Assembly (NCBI RefSeq): GCF_000012285.1
Contig: NC_007181.1
Coordinates: 90,001 to 122,000 of the forward strand
Length of the DNA stretch: 32,000 nucleotides
Direction of reading: 5' to 3'
Source: Sulfolobus acidocaldarius DSM 639
GTDB lineage: Archaea > Thermoproteota > Thermoprotei_A > Sulfolobales > Sulfolobaceae
In this document: positions 21,343 through 30,648 of the stretch, piece after piece
How the letters are laid out: every line of letters starts with the position of its first letter
How positions within the stretch are numbered: position 1 is the stretch's first letter
Notes under the pieces: model-generated
Told to the model about the DNA's origin: nothing
The model's input: only the letters and a program-made list of their open reading frames with translations
Databases searched by the model: none
Position numbers and translations under genes: made by a program

Positions 21343-22000
21343 GGCTTAAAATTAGTCTTTTTAATTTTTCAACATTCTTACTGATAAACACTCTACCTTT
21401 TTCTTCGTCTATAACTACTTTTCCCTTATTAATAATTCCGTATGGGTTTGACTCTTTAGTAGTTATGATATCGAAAACACCCTCTTGAAAAGAGTAATCA
21501 ACGTCCTTCAGCTTATCTTCATTAACCAGTTTCGGATTAATCACTTTTATTGCAGACGTCTCTATTGTGCCTGCATGAAGATCCTCTGAATTTTCTTCCT
21601 GAACTGTAAATGTGTAAACTTTAAACGTTTTGTTAGTGAAGTTTAACTGCCTCTTAACTACATCTATCACAGAAACTACTCCTCCATGTCCAATTACTAA
21701 TACTGCTTTTTTGGAAAATTTTGAAATAGAATTTAGGATTTCGAGCATGTAAGAGGCGAATGTGATATATGAGACACCTGCATATGGAAATCCCTCATGT
21801 TCCATGGAACAGGTGTAATAAACAGTTGGGAATAATAAAACAACATTATTCAGCTCTTCTTCAACTCTTTTAGCTATTTCTTCAGCAATTATAGAATCGG
21901 TGCCCATAGGTAAATGTGGTCCGTGTTGTTCTAAACTACCTACTGGTATCAAAGCTATTTTATTTTGAATATCGTCCTTATTCGAGTACAATATCTTCAT
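21332..22000 (-). CDS. creatininase-family amidohydrolase (ArfB/creatininase-like)
   Basis: IALIPVGSLEQHGPHLPMGTDSIIAEEIA, VLVIGHGG, DLHAGTIETS. Confidence 0.88.
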   Translation of the reverse strand: MKILYSNKDDIQNKIALIPVGSLEQHGPHLPMGTDSIIAEEIAKRVEEELNNVVLLFPTVYYTCSMEHEGFPYAGVSYITFASYMLEILNSISKFSKKAVLVIGHGGVVSVIDVVKRQLNFTNKTFKVYTFTVQEENSEDLHAGTIETSAIKVINPKLVNEDKLKDVDYSFQEGVFDIITTKESNPYGIINKGKVVIDEEKGRVFISKNVEKLKRLILSLTC

Positions 22001-22369
22001 TATTCTCTATTTACTTAAGTGGATTAAAGAGTTTAAAACAACTTCACTTTCAATCTCAAGTCCATTCAAGGCATATATGTGCTTTAAATAGATAGTAAGA
22101 CGTGAGGAACAGACACTCATAAACTTGATCTCTTCAGAACCTTTAGAACTGGATTTAGCTATGTAAAGTCAAATAATGTTAACGTACCTAAAGATTCACC
22201 AGTTAGAAGGAGATGCTTATAGGGAAAGTATCGGTGCTCTAACTATAAGAAGGGATTTTTATGTGGGAGTAGCGATACGTGAATGTATTTTGTGGACATA
22301 GGTTAACTATGGATTCTAAGATGGAGAGACCCTATAGGGAAATGAACGTAATGCAAATATCATGAGGTA

Positions 22370-23017
22370 CTAATGAAATGGTGTTAATAGTTGTATCAAG
22401 ATTGTCCCAACAAAAGAAATGAAGAGATAAAGTACTACAAAATTTACGGCCAATATAGGCAATGCATATTTTATGAATTCTAGAAAGTTAAAGCCTTTTC
22501 CTCCTCTACTTTCTGAAGCCTCAGAAACTATAACATTACTGGCAGCCCCTAAAATAGTGAAGTTTCCAGCAATAGTGCTTCCTGCTGCTAACGCTAGCCA
22601 ATTCAATATACTTATTGCGCCTAACTTCTGCATTTCTTGTATGTATATAGCAACTAAAGGCACATTGCTGAGTATTTGACTTAAGACTACACTGGAAGCC
22701 ATTATGGTAGCTGTGTTAGTAGGTAATGGAACTATATGATATAAAGCATCCATTATTCCGCCCTTGACTAGACCTTCGGTAAATATGAACAGTCCTATGA
22801 AAAACACAATTACACTCCAATCAACCTTTTGAATTATTTCTCTTCTTTCTCTATTGACCAGTAATAAGATAGAGGAAGTTACTAGGGATGCTAGTACTAT
22901 ATCTATTCTGTAAATGCTTAAGACAAAAAATAGTATGATAGTAATTGCCAATAAAATAAGAGAAGAATAAGCCAATCTTTTGTTTTGTATCTGAATATTT
23001 CCAAGGTTATCGTCCAC
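22370..23017 (-). CDS. C-terminal half of an ArsB/NhaD-type anion permease, out of frame with the upstream half
   Basis: DWSVIVFFIGLFIFTEGLVKGG, SNVPLVAIYI, AAGSTIAGNFTILGAASNVIVSE (second-repeat signature). GTG start; frame remains open up to TGA 23048-23050. Confidence 0.82.
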   Translation of the reverse strand: MDDNLGNIQIQNKRLAYSSLILLAITIILFFVLSIYRIDIVLASLVTSSILLLVNRERREIIQKVDWSVIVFFIGLFIFTEGLVKGGIMDALYHIVPLPTNTATIMASSVVLSQILSNVPLVAIYIQEMQKLGAISILNWLALAAGSTIAGNFTILGAASNVIVSEASESRGGKGFNFLEFIKYALPILAVNFVVLYLFISFVGTILIQLLTPFH

Positions 23018-23024
23018 AGTAATG

Positions 23025-23624
23025 TTAGAGAGTTTTTTTTCTAAAAATCAGAAGAAGGACGAAATAAGAAAGGATAAAATTTATCATAGTAGGTATTAGA
23101 AGAATAGCAACAAATATCAGAAAGGGAGTATTGGATTCTAGTAATATTAATAAGTTCTGAGGATTGCCAGTTGGCATCATTACACTACCTATTGTTACTC
23201 CAAATGCTAAAGCGTAAAGGAAGGGTAACTCATCGACTTTCATTGCCTTAGACGCTTCAAGAACGACAGGTGTCCAGCTTGATGATATACCGTCATTTGT
23301 AACCAAGTTGGAAAGGATTCCAGCGTAAAATAGAATATAGAAGAGAACCTTTTTTGGATCCTTATATCGAGAAACTAATTTGTATGCAAGAAATTTAAGA
23401 AATCCAGATACTTCTAACGCTGAAGAGAACATAAAAAGTGTCATGAGAAATAGAATTACATCTAAATTAACACTGGAGTAAGCTTCTTGTAGAGTTATTA
23501 CTCCTGTAACTATCATTAGGATTCCGCCAAAGAACATAGAAGCCCATAAAGGTACCTTAATAATACTCCTTGAAATGATCAATCCGTATGTTATTATGCC
23601 TATTATAAGAGCTATATATTCCAT
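23025..23624 (-). CDS. N-terminal half of an ArsB/NhaD-type anion permease
   Basis: VNLDVILFLMTLFMFSSALEVSGFLKFLA, LSNLVTNDGISSSWTPVVLE, GSVMMPTGNPQNLLI (first-repeat signature). Ends just after an A8 run. Confidence 0.82.
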   Translation of the reverse strand: MEYIALIIGIITYGLIISRSIIKVPLWASMFFGGILMIVTGVITLQEAYSSVNLDVILFLMTLFMFSSALEVSGFLKFLAYKLVSRYKDPKKVLFYILFYAGILSNLVTNDGISSSWTPVVLEASKAMKVDELPFLYALAFGVTIGSVMMPTGNPQNLLILLESNTPFLIFVAILLIPTMINFILSYFVLLLIFRKKTL

Positions 23625-23659
23625 GAGTAAGTAGTTAATGCCTTATTCTTTTTAAGTTA

Positions 23660-24820
23660 TTGTCGATAAACACAACTAACGTGAAGCTATTCATAGGGCA
23701 AGCATTCATAGTAGCCGGATCAACATTATTGTCTTTGCTTTATCCTTTAGTACTCTATGATCAGACTCACTCCACTGCTTTATTAGGAATAAGTATGATG
23801 CTAAATGAGTTAGCAGTGGGTTTAGGATCGTACGTATGGGGTAGGATAATTGATAGAGTGAGGGAAAGATACATATTCTTTATAATACTCCCTGTATCTG
23901 GTATTGGAATCACACTGTTAATCTTCGATACAAGTTTAGGTCTAGTGGGATATGCTCTGTTAGGATTTTTTACTGCCCTAGATTCACCTATATACTCCAT
24001 ATTATTGTTAGAGAGATTTTCCATGGATAAGGCTGTGGTCGCAAATTCCATGTTATCTCAGCTATCGTTGGCTGGAAATATAATAGGTAGTATAATGGGC
24101 ACATTTAAGTTAAAGTTCTTCACTATAATTATATTCTTTACAATCGCTGCTGTCTTAAATGCCATATTGATACCGAGGTATAAGGGGGATATAAGAGAGG
24201 ATAAGGTAGAGAGAATAAGGGATACTAGGAGGTTACTTAAACCTTTAATCTCTTATTCTATATTTAACCTTTCTGCAGAGGTCTTTTATGTGGTCTACAT
24301 CCCATTACTTAATTTGTTAACATTGCCTTCATGGACCTATTTCGTTAGCTACACTATACTGTATATGATAGATGAATACATTTACTACATCTCACCAAAT
24401 TTAGTTAGGGACAATGAATTATATTATATCTTTATTTCGATAGCTCTTAGAGGTTTTTTGGTAGCTTTAGTGGGGTATTTGCTCTTTATGAAGATTAATT
24501 TTAGCTTTCTTACTGTCTTGTTATTTATATCTTTTGGTAGTCTATACCCTCTATATAATACAGCGTTATTTTCTCTTATATTTAAGGATTTAAAGAAAAA
24601 TAGGGGATCCATATTAGGTCTCTTTAGTGCTGGAAATAACTTAGCATCTGCCATGGGTAGTTACCTCTCAGGATTGGTAAATCCGATGTCGATATCTCAA
24701 GCTTATTTCTTCAGTTTCTTCGGGTTTTCGTTATCGTTTTTTATAATGTATGACTACATTAGTGAAAAAAGACAAAGAGTTGAAAATAAAAAGAAAGTCA
24801 TCGTTTCTAATTCTACCTAG
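23660..24820 (+). CDS. MFS transporter
   Basis: TTG start. 12-TM-type protein with GSYVWGRIIDRVRERYIFF (loop 2-3 signature) and GNNLASAMGSYLSG. Confidence 0.8.
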   Translation: MSINTTNVKLFIGQAFIVAGSTLLSLLYPLVLYDQTHSTALLGISMMLNELAVGLGSYVWGRIIDRVRERYIFFIILPVSGIGITLLIFDTSLGLVGYALLGFFTALDSPIYSILLLERFSMDKAVVANSMLSQLSLAGNIIGSIMGTFKLKFFTIIIFFTIAAVLNAILIPRYKGDIREDKVERIRDTRRLLKPLISYSIFNLSAEVFYVVYIPLLNLLTLPSWTYFVSYTILYMIDEYIYYISPNLVRDNELYYIFISIALRGFLVALVGYLLFMKINFSFLTVLLFISFGSLYPLYNTALFSLIFKDLKKNRGSILGLFSAGNNLASAMGSYLSGLVNPMSISQAYFFSFFGFSLSFFIMYDYISEKRQRVENKKKVIVSNST

Positions 24821-25757
24821 TGGTAATTAGTTTCTTTCTTCTTAAAACTTCTTCATAATATTTCTTTTCTACTTCAGTTTCTGGTGTATAGCTAGGTACT
24901 CTTATGGGTTTTCCAGTTGAGTCAACCCTAACATAGGTGAAGTAACCTGTGGTTATGTGTTCTTTCATCATAGTTTTTGGATCTATTCGAATCACATTAA
25001 TCAGTGTTTCTATTGATGTATTTCCTACATATATTATTCCTGCTCTTATCTCCACGATATCGCCTAACCTAATTGGCGTATAGAAACTCATTCTATTGAC
25101 TGCAACGGTAACTACAGTTCCAGGTTCACTCTGTTTTATATATCTTCCACATAATACACCGCCTAGGTCATCCATCGCTTTAAGTAATTTTCCAGCAGAA
25201 ATTATCTTTCCGTCATAGGTCATGTCAGGTGTTATAAATATCTTTGACGACAATCTATATCTCAATCCTTCTGTAGGATCAGTGATATCAAACTTCTTTT
25301 CAACCCTGTCCTTAATATCTCTTTGTCTTTCATTTCTCCTTTGAATAGCCTTCTCCATTCTTCTCTTTTCCTCTTCCGTATCAGCGATCAGTTTGTTCTC
25401 TATTATTATGGGTTTGAATAAATCGTCTATTTTCACGTATGTACCTGTTGCTTCGACTAATGTCTCTTCGTCTCTTAAGGCTCTCATAGATACTTCTACA
25501 GAAGAGTTGCCTACATATTCTGCTTCCGCTTCCACTGCTATGTTATCTCCTAATGATATTGGTTTCTTAAATATAACGTCGTCAAGTGATGCTATAACCG
25601 CTAAACCTTTAGCCACCCTTATCGCTGACATCATTCCAGTATCCACTAGGAAGTTCAGCATTACACCTCCGTGCAGTCTACCTAGATAATTTATGTGCTC
25701 GTAATGAATTATTTTTAGTGAGGAGACCTTGGTTTCAGATATTCTCAAATATGACAC
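24813..25757 (-). CDS. acyl-CoA thioesterase, tandem hotdog domains
   Basis: HYEHINYLGRLHGGVMLNFLVDTG and VTVAVNRMSFYTPIRLGDIVEIRAGIIYVGNTSIET; two hotdog modules. Confidence 0.87.
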   Translation of the reverse strand: MSYLRISETKVSSLKIIHYEHINYLGRLHGGVMLNFLVDTGMMSAIRVAKGLAVIASLDDVIFKKPISLGDNIAVEAEAEYVGNSSVEVSMRALRDEETLVEATGTYVKIDDLFKPIIIENKLIADTEEEKRRMEKAIQRRNERQRDIKDRVEKKFDITDPTEGLRYRLSSKIFITPDMTYDGKIISAGKLLKAMDDLGGVLCGRYIKQSEPGTVVTVAVNRMSFYTPIRLGDIVEIRAGIIYVGNTSIETLINVIRIDPKTMMKEHITTGYFTYVRVDSTGKPIRVPSYTPETEVEKKYYEEVLRRKKLITTR

Positions 25758-26127
25758 TATTAACTTGATCAGCCACTTCTAAATATTTTTTATCTATCTT
25801 GGAGTATTCAAGTAAATAATCCCTTAATTGACCCAATATTTGCTTCCAATTAGTTTTTATCACTTTAATAACATCTTCAGGTATTTCATTGTATTCTATT
25901 CTTTTGCTGTCTGCTGAAAATATTGGCAAATATTCTTCAAGTGATAAAGATATAATTACTACACCTCTTCTGTCCAATACATACTCATGAACACCCTTCT
26001 TTGTCAGTGATATTCCGTAATCGTCGGATGGGGGTAACAGTCTAGCAACTGTTTTAAGAAAATCTATTGTTGACTCTTTATCTCCTTTTAATTTCATTTT
26101 TTTAAGAACGTTCTGTAACTCACTCAT
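25735..26127 (-). CDS. small uncharacterised protein directly downstream of the HerA-like gene
   Basis: 130-aa ORF; ATG follows the herA-like stop with no gap (TAAATG) and its end overlaps the thioesterase ORF by 23 bp. Confidence 0.75.
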   Translation of the reverse strand: MSELQNVLKKMKLKGDKESTIDFLKTVARLLPPSDDYGISLTKKGVHEYVLDRRGVVIISLSLEEYLPIFSADSKRIEYNEIPEDVIKVIKTNWKQILGQLRDYLLEYSKIDKKYLEVADQVNSVIFENI

Positions 26128-27948
26128 TTAACTCGCCTTTGACAAATCATAATGTCCTAATGGTGGAGGAACAGGTACTCGTATTTTAATTTTACCCTCC
26201 CTTAACCAGGGGGATATTAGGTAAGCCACTCCATTTTTTTCCCAACTCAATATTTTAGCTTCTATCTTCGACAAGCCTAAGGATTCTGCTACCTCTGGCT
26301 TTATTCTGAAAATGATCTTCGTATTTGCCAACTGTACTATTATATCTGATAGATCAGTTGGGTTATGGGTAGAGAATATAAAGCCAATTTTTCTTCTCCT
26401 ACCTAGCCTCATCATAGATGATATCTTTCCTGCCACTTTTCTAACATAGTTTGCGTCCTCTTCAGAACCTTTACCAGAGGGGAAGAATTTATGAGCCTCG
26501 TCGATTATCAATACAAGCCTTTCCTTTAACGAGCCTATTTTCATCTGAGCCTCCCTTATTTCAAATATTTTATCAAGAAAATAATAAGTTACAATTTTCT
26601 GAGCGAAGTCATCTAATTCGCTATTATAAAGATCTAGAATTAACAACTTTCTATCAGATGTCAGTAGTCTTCCTAAAGGTTCTCTCTTTACGCCCACGTC
26701 AAATAGACCTGTCGATCTGAGCAAATATAATCCTCTTAATATATTCTCCTTAGTGCTTTTGTGAATACTCAAATTATCCAAGTCATAATCCTCAAGAGAT
26801 TCAGTGAGGCTAGCTAGAGAATTGTAGTCTTTTCCTTTTCTCTTCAATAGAATCTTAAGAAATTGGGTAGCCTGCTCAGAGAAATAAGGATTTAGTCTAG
26901 GTAAAACTTTCTTTATCTCATCAAACTTAAAATAAAATGGAAATATTTCGACCTCAGATTTCCACTCACTGTTTGAGACTACTATTCTTCCCTCAGATAC
27001 ACTGTGGTAAAATTTGTATCCTTTTTTGGACAGGTAGTTTATCATTGGATATACGTAAAGTTTGAAATATGCATTTGTTATTGATAAAAGATCCTTGTTT
27101 CCGTTAGTGTATTTCCTGATCCACTTTCTTGATAGAGGGTAAATTATACTTAGATTTAATCCTGACAACTTAGGGTAAAGAGACTCGAAAAGGGCTAAAC
27201 TTTGACTTACGTTCTTGTCCGTTTTATCAGGCGGTAAAAAAACGTGATAATAGTCTCCTGTTGCATCAAAAACAAACACCTTAGTAAGCTCTGCTATTGA
27301 GTAAATACCTGCAATTACGTCTTTTACAAATGATGTTTTTCCTGCTCCAGTTGTCCCCAATATCAGTGTATGGTAGTTTAGGTCATCTAGGCTGATGCTC
27401 ACTTTTATATTGCCTACGTGATTATCTAAGTAGCCTAATCTCAAAAGACCTCTATTGGTATCTAGCGACCTCTCTATTACCTCTGCTCTAGGTAAAATAA
27501 CTGGTGATTGTGGCTCAACAACTAGGTCAGCTGACTCTGGCTCTGTAGACTCCAGAAAATTTACTTTAGTGAGCGGTTCACATTTAATTACCACGTTAGA
27601 TATTAGGGAGCCTGGTTCCTCTTCCCCTATTTCATTACTTGATATTATTGGCGAATCTGGATATAGTAATGACGACACGTCACTTCTCTCATATCCTATG
27701 ACTCTTAGCAGAACAAAGTACAAAGTCTTTATGTCAATAGCTCCCAATAAAACCCCGATCTTTCCCAAAAAAGGGTACTTATAATAAGTCACAGGATCAA
27801 TAACTACATTAACCTGCGTGTTGTTTTCATCAACCTTACTCGGAATTCCACGTGATACTCTTCCTATAATATCACCTAACGTGATAGCCAATGCCTTGGC
27901 TTTCTCTATCTGGTCTTTAATCTTCATCGAAAAATCTTCAGACAACAT
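26128..27948 (-). CDS. HerA-like bipolar helicase / FtsK-HerA ATPase
   Basis: HAS-barrel-like N-term (ALAITLGDIIGRVSRG), Walker A ILGTTGAGKTSFVK, Walker B LVLIIDEAHKFFP, MRLGRRRKIGFIFSTHNPTDLS. Start re-assigned from 27990 to ATG 27948, preceded by SD-like GAGGTG (27958-27953). Confidence 0.9.
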   Translation of the reverse strand: MLSEDFSMKIKDQIEKAKALAITLGDIIGRVSRGIPSKVDENNTQVNVVIDPVTYYKYPFLGKIGVLLGAIDIKTLYFVLLRVIGYERSDVSSLLYPDSPIISSNEIGEEEPGSLISNVVIKCEPLTKVNFLESTEPESADLVVEPQSPVILPRAEVIERSLDTNRGLLRLGYLDNHVGNIKVSISLDDLNYHTLILGTTGAGKTSFVKDVIAGIYSIAELTKVFVFDATGDYYHVFLPPDKTDKNVSQSLALFESLYPKLSGLNLSIIYPLSRKWIRKYTNGNKDLLSITNAYFKLYVYPMINYLSKKGYKFYHSVSEGRIVVSNSEWKSEVEIFPFYFKFDEIKKVLPRLNPYFSEQATQFLKILLKRKGKDYNSLASLTESLEDYDLDNLSIHKSTKENILRGLYLLRSTGLFDVGVKREPLGRLLTSDRKLLILDLYNSELDDFAQKIVTYYFLDKIFEIREAQMKIGSLKERLVLIIDEAHKFFPSGKGSEEDANYVRKVAGKISSMMRLGRRRKIGFIFSTHNPTDLSDIIVQLANTKIIFRIKPEVAESLGLSKIEAKILSWEKNGVAYLISPWLREGKIKIRVPVPPPLGHYDLSKAS

Positions 27949-29026
27949 CAAGCACCTCAAATTTGTTTCTGAAACTCTCCTGGACCCCAATTCTATCTAG
28001 CGAGAACATAATAAATCTCAGTATGCCTGACGACAATTCTTTTGCAGTCTTGTCTGCTACGGCTAAAGCCAAAGGTATTCCTTCAGTTGTGAATTTCAAG
28101 GAAGATAATCTATCTACAGCGTTTTTGCCTATTGATTCTATCCTGAGAATAGAGAATTTTGGTACGTATTTATGAATAGGATAAATCATGTAATTTACAA
28201 ATACTTTAACCCTTTCATTCACATCTTTAACAAGGGGTCCAATACATAACGTGGGATATGGTGGATTATAATTAAATCTAACAAACTGATACAAGTAAGC
28301 CTCATCTGATAAAAACCCACGAGGGTCCACCTTATATTTTGCTGTTAGTTCCTTATTACTAGATAAGGTTCTTATTAACAGGTCTGACTTGTCTATCCTT
28401 TTAACTACTCCAATAAAATTTTGATCTAAAATTGAAAGACGTTCATTTATGATTTTAGTTTTGACCCTCTCAGGGAGGTATACATAGGAGGGGAATAATG
28501 GTCCATCAACTAAGACTAAACCCTTATTTTTTAATACTTTCAAAGCTTCAGTTTCTAATATAGCTCTTAACTCAGTTTCTATTCTTTCAGGTTCTATTGT
28601 AGATTGGAAAGGTGTACCATCTAGCGAAAATGTCATAATGTACTTTGATGAATATAAGTACGGATTTATTGTTCCTTTAGAGTTCGATGAAGGGGCTAAG
28701 GCTATAAAGGGCTTCTGAATTTCTAATCCTTTTAAACCAAACAAACCTGGATAAACTCCGTACACAGGCTTGTTAGAAGAAGACACTGCAACTGTGGATA
28801 TACTTATTGTTCCACCGGCGGAAAAAATACTTCTACTACTACCATCTATTGCATAAACTTCCATATTTAGTCTGGTTGGAATTACCTCTTTTACGATATC
28901 GTTGGTAATTAGTGAGGCATCGCTTTCTTTAAAATCTCCCCTAGGAACATAAATATTGAAGTATTCTCTTATATATCTTTGTATTACTTCATTCAGTATT
29001 ACAGCAAGTTCATTGGTATTACTCAT
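27938..29026 (-). CDS. NurA-domain nuclease
   Basis: MEVYAIDGSSRSIFSAGG, GLVLVDGPLFPS, FTTEGIPLALAVADKTAKEL, consistent with the NurA fold and acidic residues. Overlaps the HerA-like gene. Confidence 0.85.
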   Translation of the reverse strand: MSNTNELAVILNEVIQRYIREYFNIYVPRGDFKESDASLITNDIVKEVIPTRLNMEVYAIDGSSRSIFSAGGTISISTVAVSSSNKPVYGVYPGLFGLKGLEIQKPFIALAPSSNSKGTINPYLYSSKYIMTFSLDGTPFQSTIEPERIETELRAILETEALKVLKNKGLVLVDGPLFPSYVYLPERVKTKIINERLSILDQNFIGVVKRIDKSDLLIRTLSSNKELTAKYKVDPRGFLSDEAYLYQFVRFNYNPPYPTLCIGPLVKDVNERVKVFVNYMIYPIHKYVPKFSILRIESIGKNAVDRLSSLKFTTEGIPLALAVADKTAKELSSGILRFIMFSLDRIGVQESFRNKFEVLDVV

Positions 29027-29092
29027 TCTTTGTTATAATTTTATTAATGTAATATTTAAATATGGCGTAATACCAATTAGTATTACCATATC

Positions 29093-30424
29093 CTAATCGT
29101 CCTTCATTAACCGTCTTATAGCTACGATAACAGGATCCCACACTCTATTTATTGCTGGTAAATAGCCCATCTCGGTGAAAAACACGTCATCAATTGTGAA
29201 GCCCTTGTATAACATTCCTGCTAGCATATTTATTCTGCCTAAAACTTCCTCTACTCCAATTATCTGCCCGCCTAATATCTTTCTACTTTCTTCATCTGCA
29301 ATAATTTTAACATATATATCACCTCCTCCTGGATAATATCTTGCCCTCGTTTTACTGTTAATTGAAGCTGATATGACATGGAAACCGTGTTTTCTAGCTT
29401 CTTCCTCGTTTAAGCCAACCCTAGCTATGTAATAGTCCTTATATTTAGTGACTTGAGTGTTAACTGTACCGGGGAATGTCATCTCCTTCCCTCCTATGTT
29501 ACTTCCAGCCACGTAACCCATTTTATTGGCAACTGGCGCAAAGGGTACCCACTGGGGTCTCCCCGTAAGTAGGTTTACAACTTCCGTGTTGTCTCCAGCA
29601 GAGTAGACATCTTTTAGAGTGGTTCTCATATGTCTATCAACTTTTATTGCACCTGTATCTCCTAACGTTAACTTACCTTTAACAAGGTCAACATTAGGCT
29701 CAACACCTATTGCGACTACTGTCCCGTCTACCTCATAATTTCCCTTGTCTGTAACTACTAACCTTCCCCCTCTCTTTATTACCTCCAACCTTTCATTAAG
29801 CTTAACCTCTGCATCCTTCATCACAATACTCGTGATAATCTTGCCTAACTCATTATCTAAACTCCTATTGAGAAGATAGTCTCCCTTATGTATCAGTACG
29901 ACCTTCTTTCCTCTTTCAACTAATGCTTCAACCATTTCAAGTCCTAGTATACCTCCACCTATGATGGCTACAGTATTTAATGACCATAGTTGCTTTCTTA
30001 ATTCTAGGGCGTCTGCTGGATGGTGAACATAAAACACTCTCTCATTGCCTTCAGTCTCTACTTTTTTAGGCTTAGCTCCTGTACTTAAGAGTAAGTAATC
30101 ATACTCTCTCTTTATTTTTTCTTTATTGGCAGTTTCTCCATAAATAGTTCTTCCTGAGAAGTCAATTTCAGTTATTCTTATACCTGTTTTAACGTCTATT
30201 TTCCTCTTTTCTTTGAAGAACTCAGGCGTGTATGTCATGAATAAACTTTCATCATCAAAAAGTCCCTCGATAAAATAAGGTATTCCACAGGGCGCATGGC
30301 TTACGAATTTCGTTGACTCGAATACCTCAATATCCATCTCTGGTTTTAGTCTTCTAACTTTAGAAGATGCACTCATTCCTGCTGCTCCACCACCTACTAC
30401 AACTAACTTCTCCATTACAGTCAC
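29093..30424 (-). CDS. FAD-dependent NADH oxidase / CoA-disulfide reductase-like protein
   Basis: VVVGGGAAGMSASSKVRR, SHAPCGIPYFIEGL (active-site Cys), ILGLEMVEALVERGKKV, VYSAGDNTEV and a C-terminal dimerisation domain. Confidence 0.9.
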   Translation of the reverse strand: MTVMEKLVVVGGGAAGMSASSKVRRLKPEMDIEVFESTKFVSHAPCGIPYFIEGLFDDESLFMTYTPEFFKEKRKIDVKTGIRITEIDFSGRTIYGETANKEKIKREYDYLLLSTGAKPKKVETEGNERVFYVHHPADALELRKQLWSLNTVAIIGGGILGLEMVEALVERGKKVVLIHKGDYLLNRSLDNELGKIITSIVMKDAEVKLNERLEVIKRGGRLVVTDKGNYEVDGTVVAIGVEPNVDLVKGKLTLGDTGAIKVDRHMRTTLKDVYSAGDNTEVVNLLTGRPQWVPFAPVANKMGYVAGSNIGGKEMTFPGTVNTQVTKYKDYYIARVGLNEEEARKHGFHVISASINSKTRARYYPGGGDIYVKIIADEESRKILGGQIIGVEEVLGRINMLAGMLYKGFTIDDVFFTEMGYLPAINRVWDPVIVAIRRLMKDD

Positions 30425-30628
30425 CTTATTTTTAATATTTCTAAATCAAAGTTAATAAACTATACATACGTAGATTTTTGGATATATTAATATTTAACTA
30501 CTTATATAATAACTAATAATTAACTTTTATGTTAATTATGAAGATTACGTTTCGTGTATGTTCTTTTCTGACGCAATAAATAGATCAGTAACACCATCCA
30601 TGAGACCCATCTTATAATATGAGGAAAG

Positions 30629-30648
30629 CCTCGCCATTTAAGGTGAGG
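30629..30648 (+). repeat. hairpin resembling an IS200/IS605 (TnpB) right-end stem-loop
   Basis: CCTCGCC 30629-30635 / GGTGAGG 30642-30648 (7 bp with one G-U, 6-nt loop) in AAGCCTCGCCATTTAAGGTGAGGAGG. Confidence 0.5.

Noticed and set aside
26451-28175. plus-strand ORFs opposite the HerA-like and NurA-like genes
   Set aside because: Shadow ORFs overlapping conserved Walker and NurA motifs on the minus strand.
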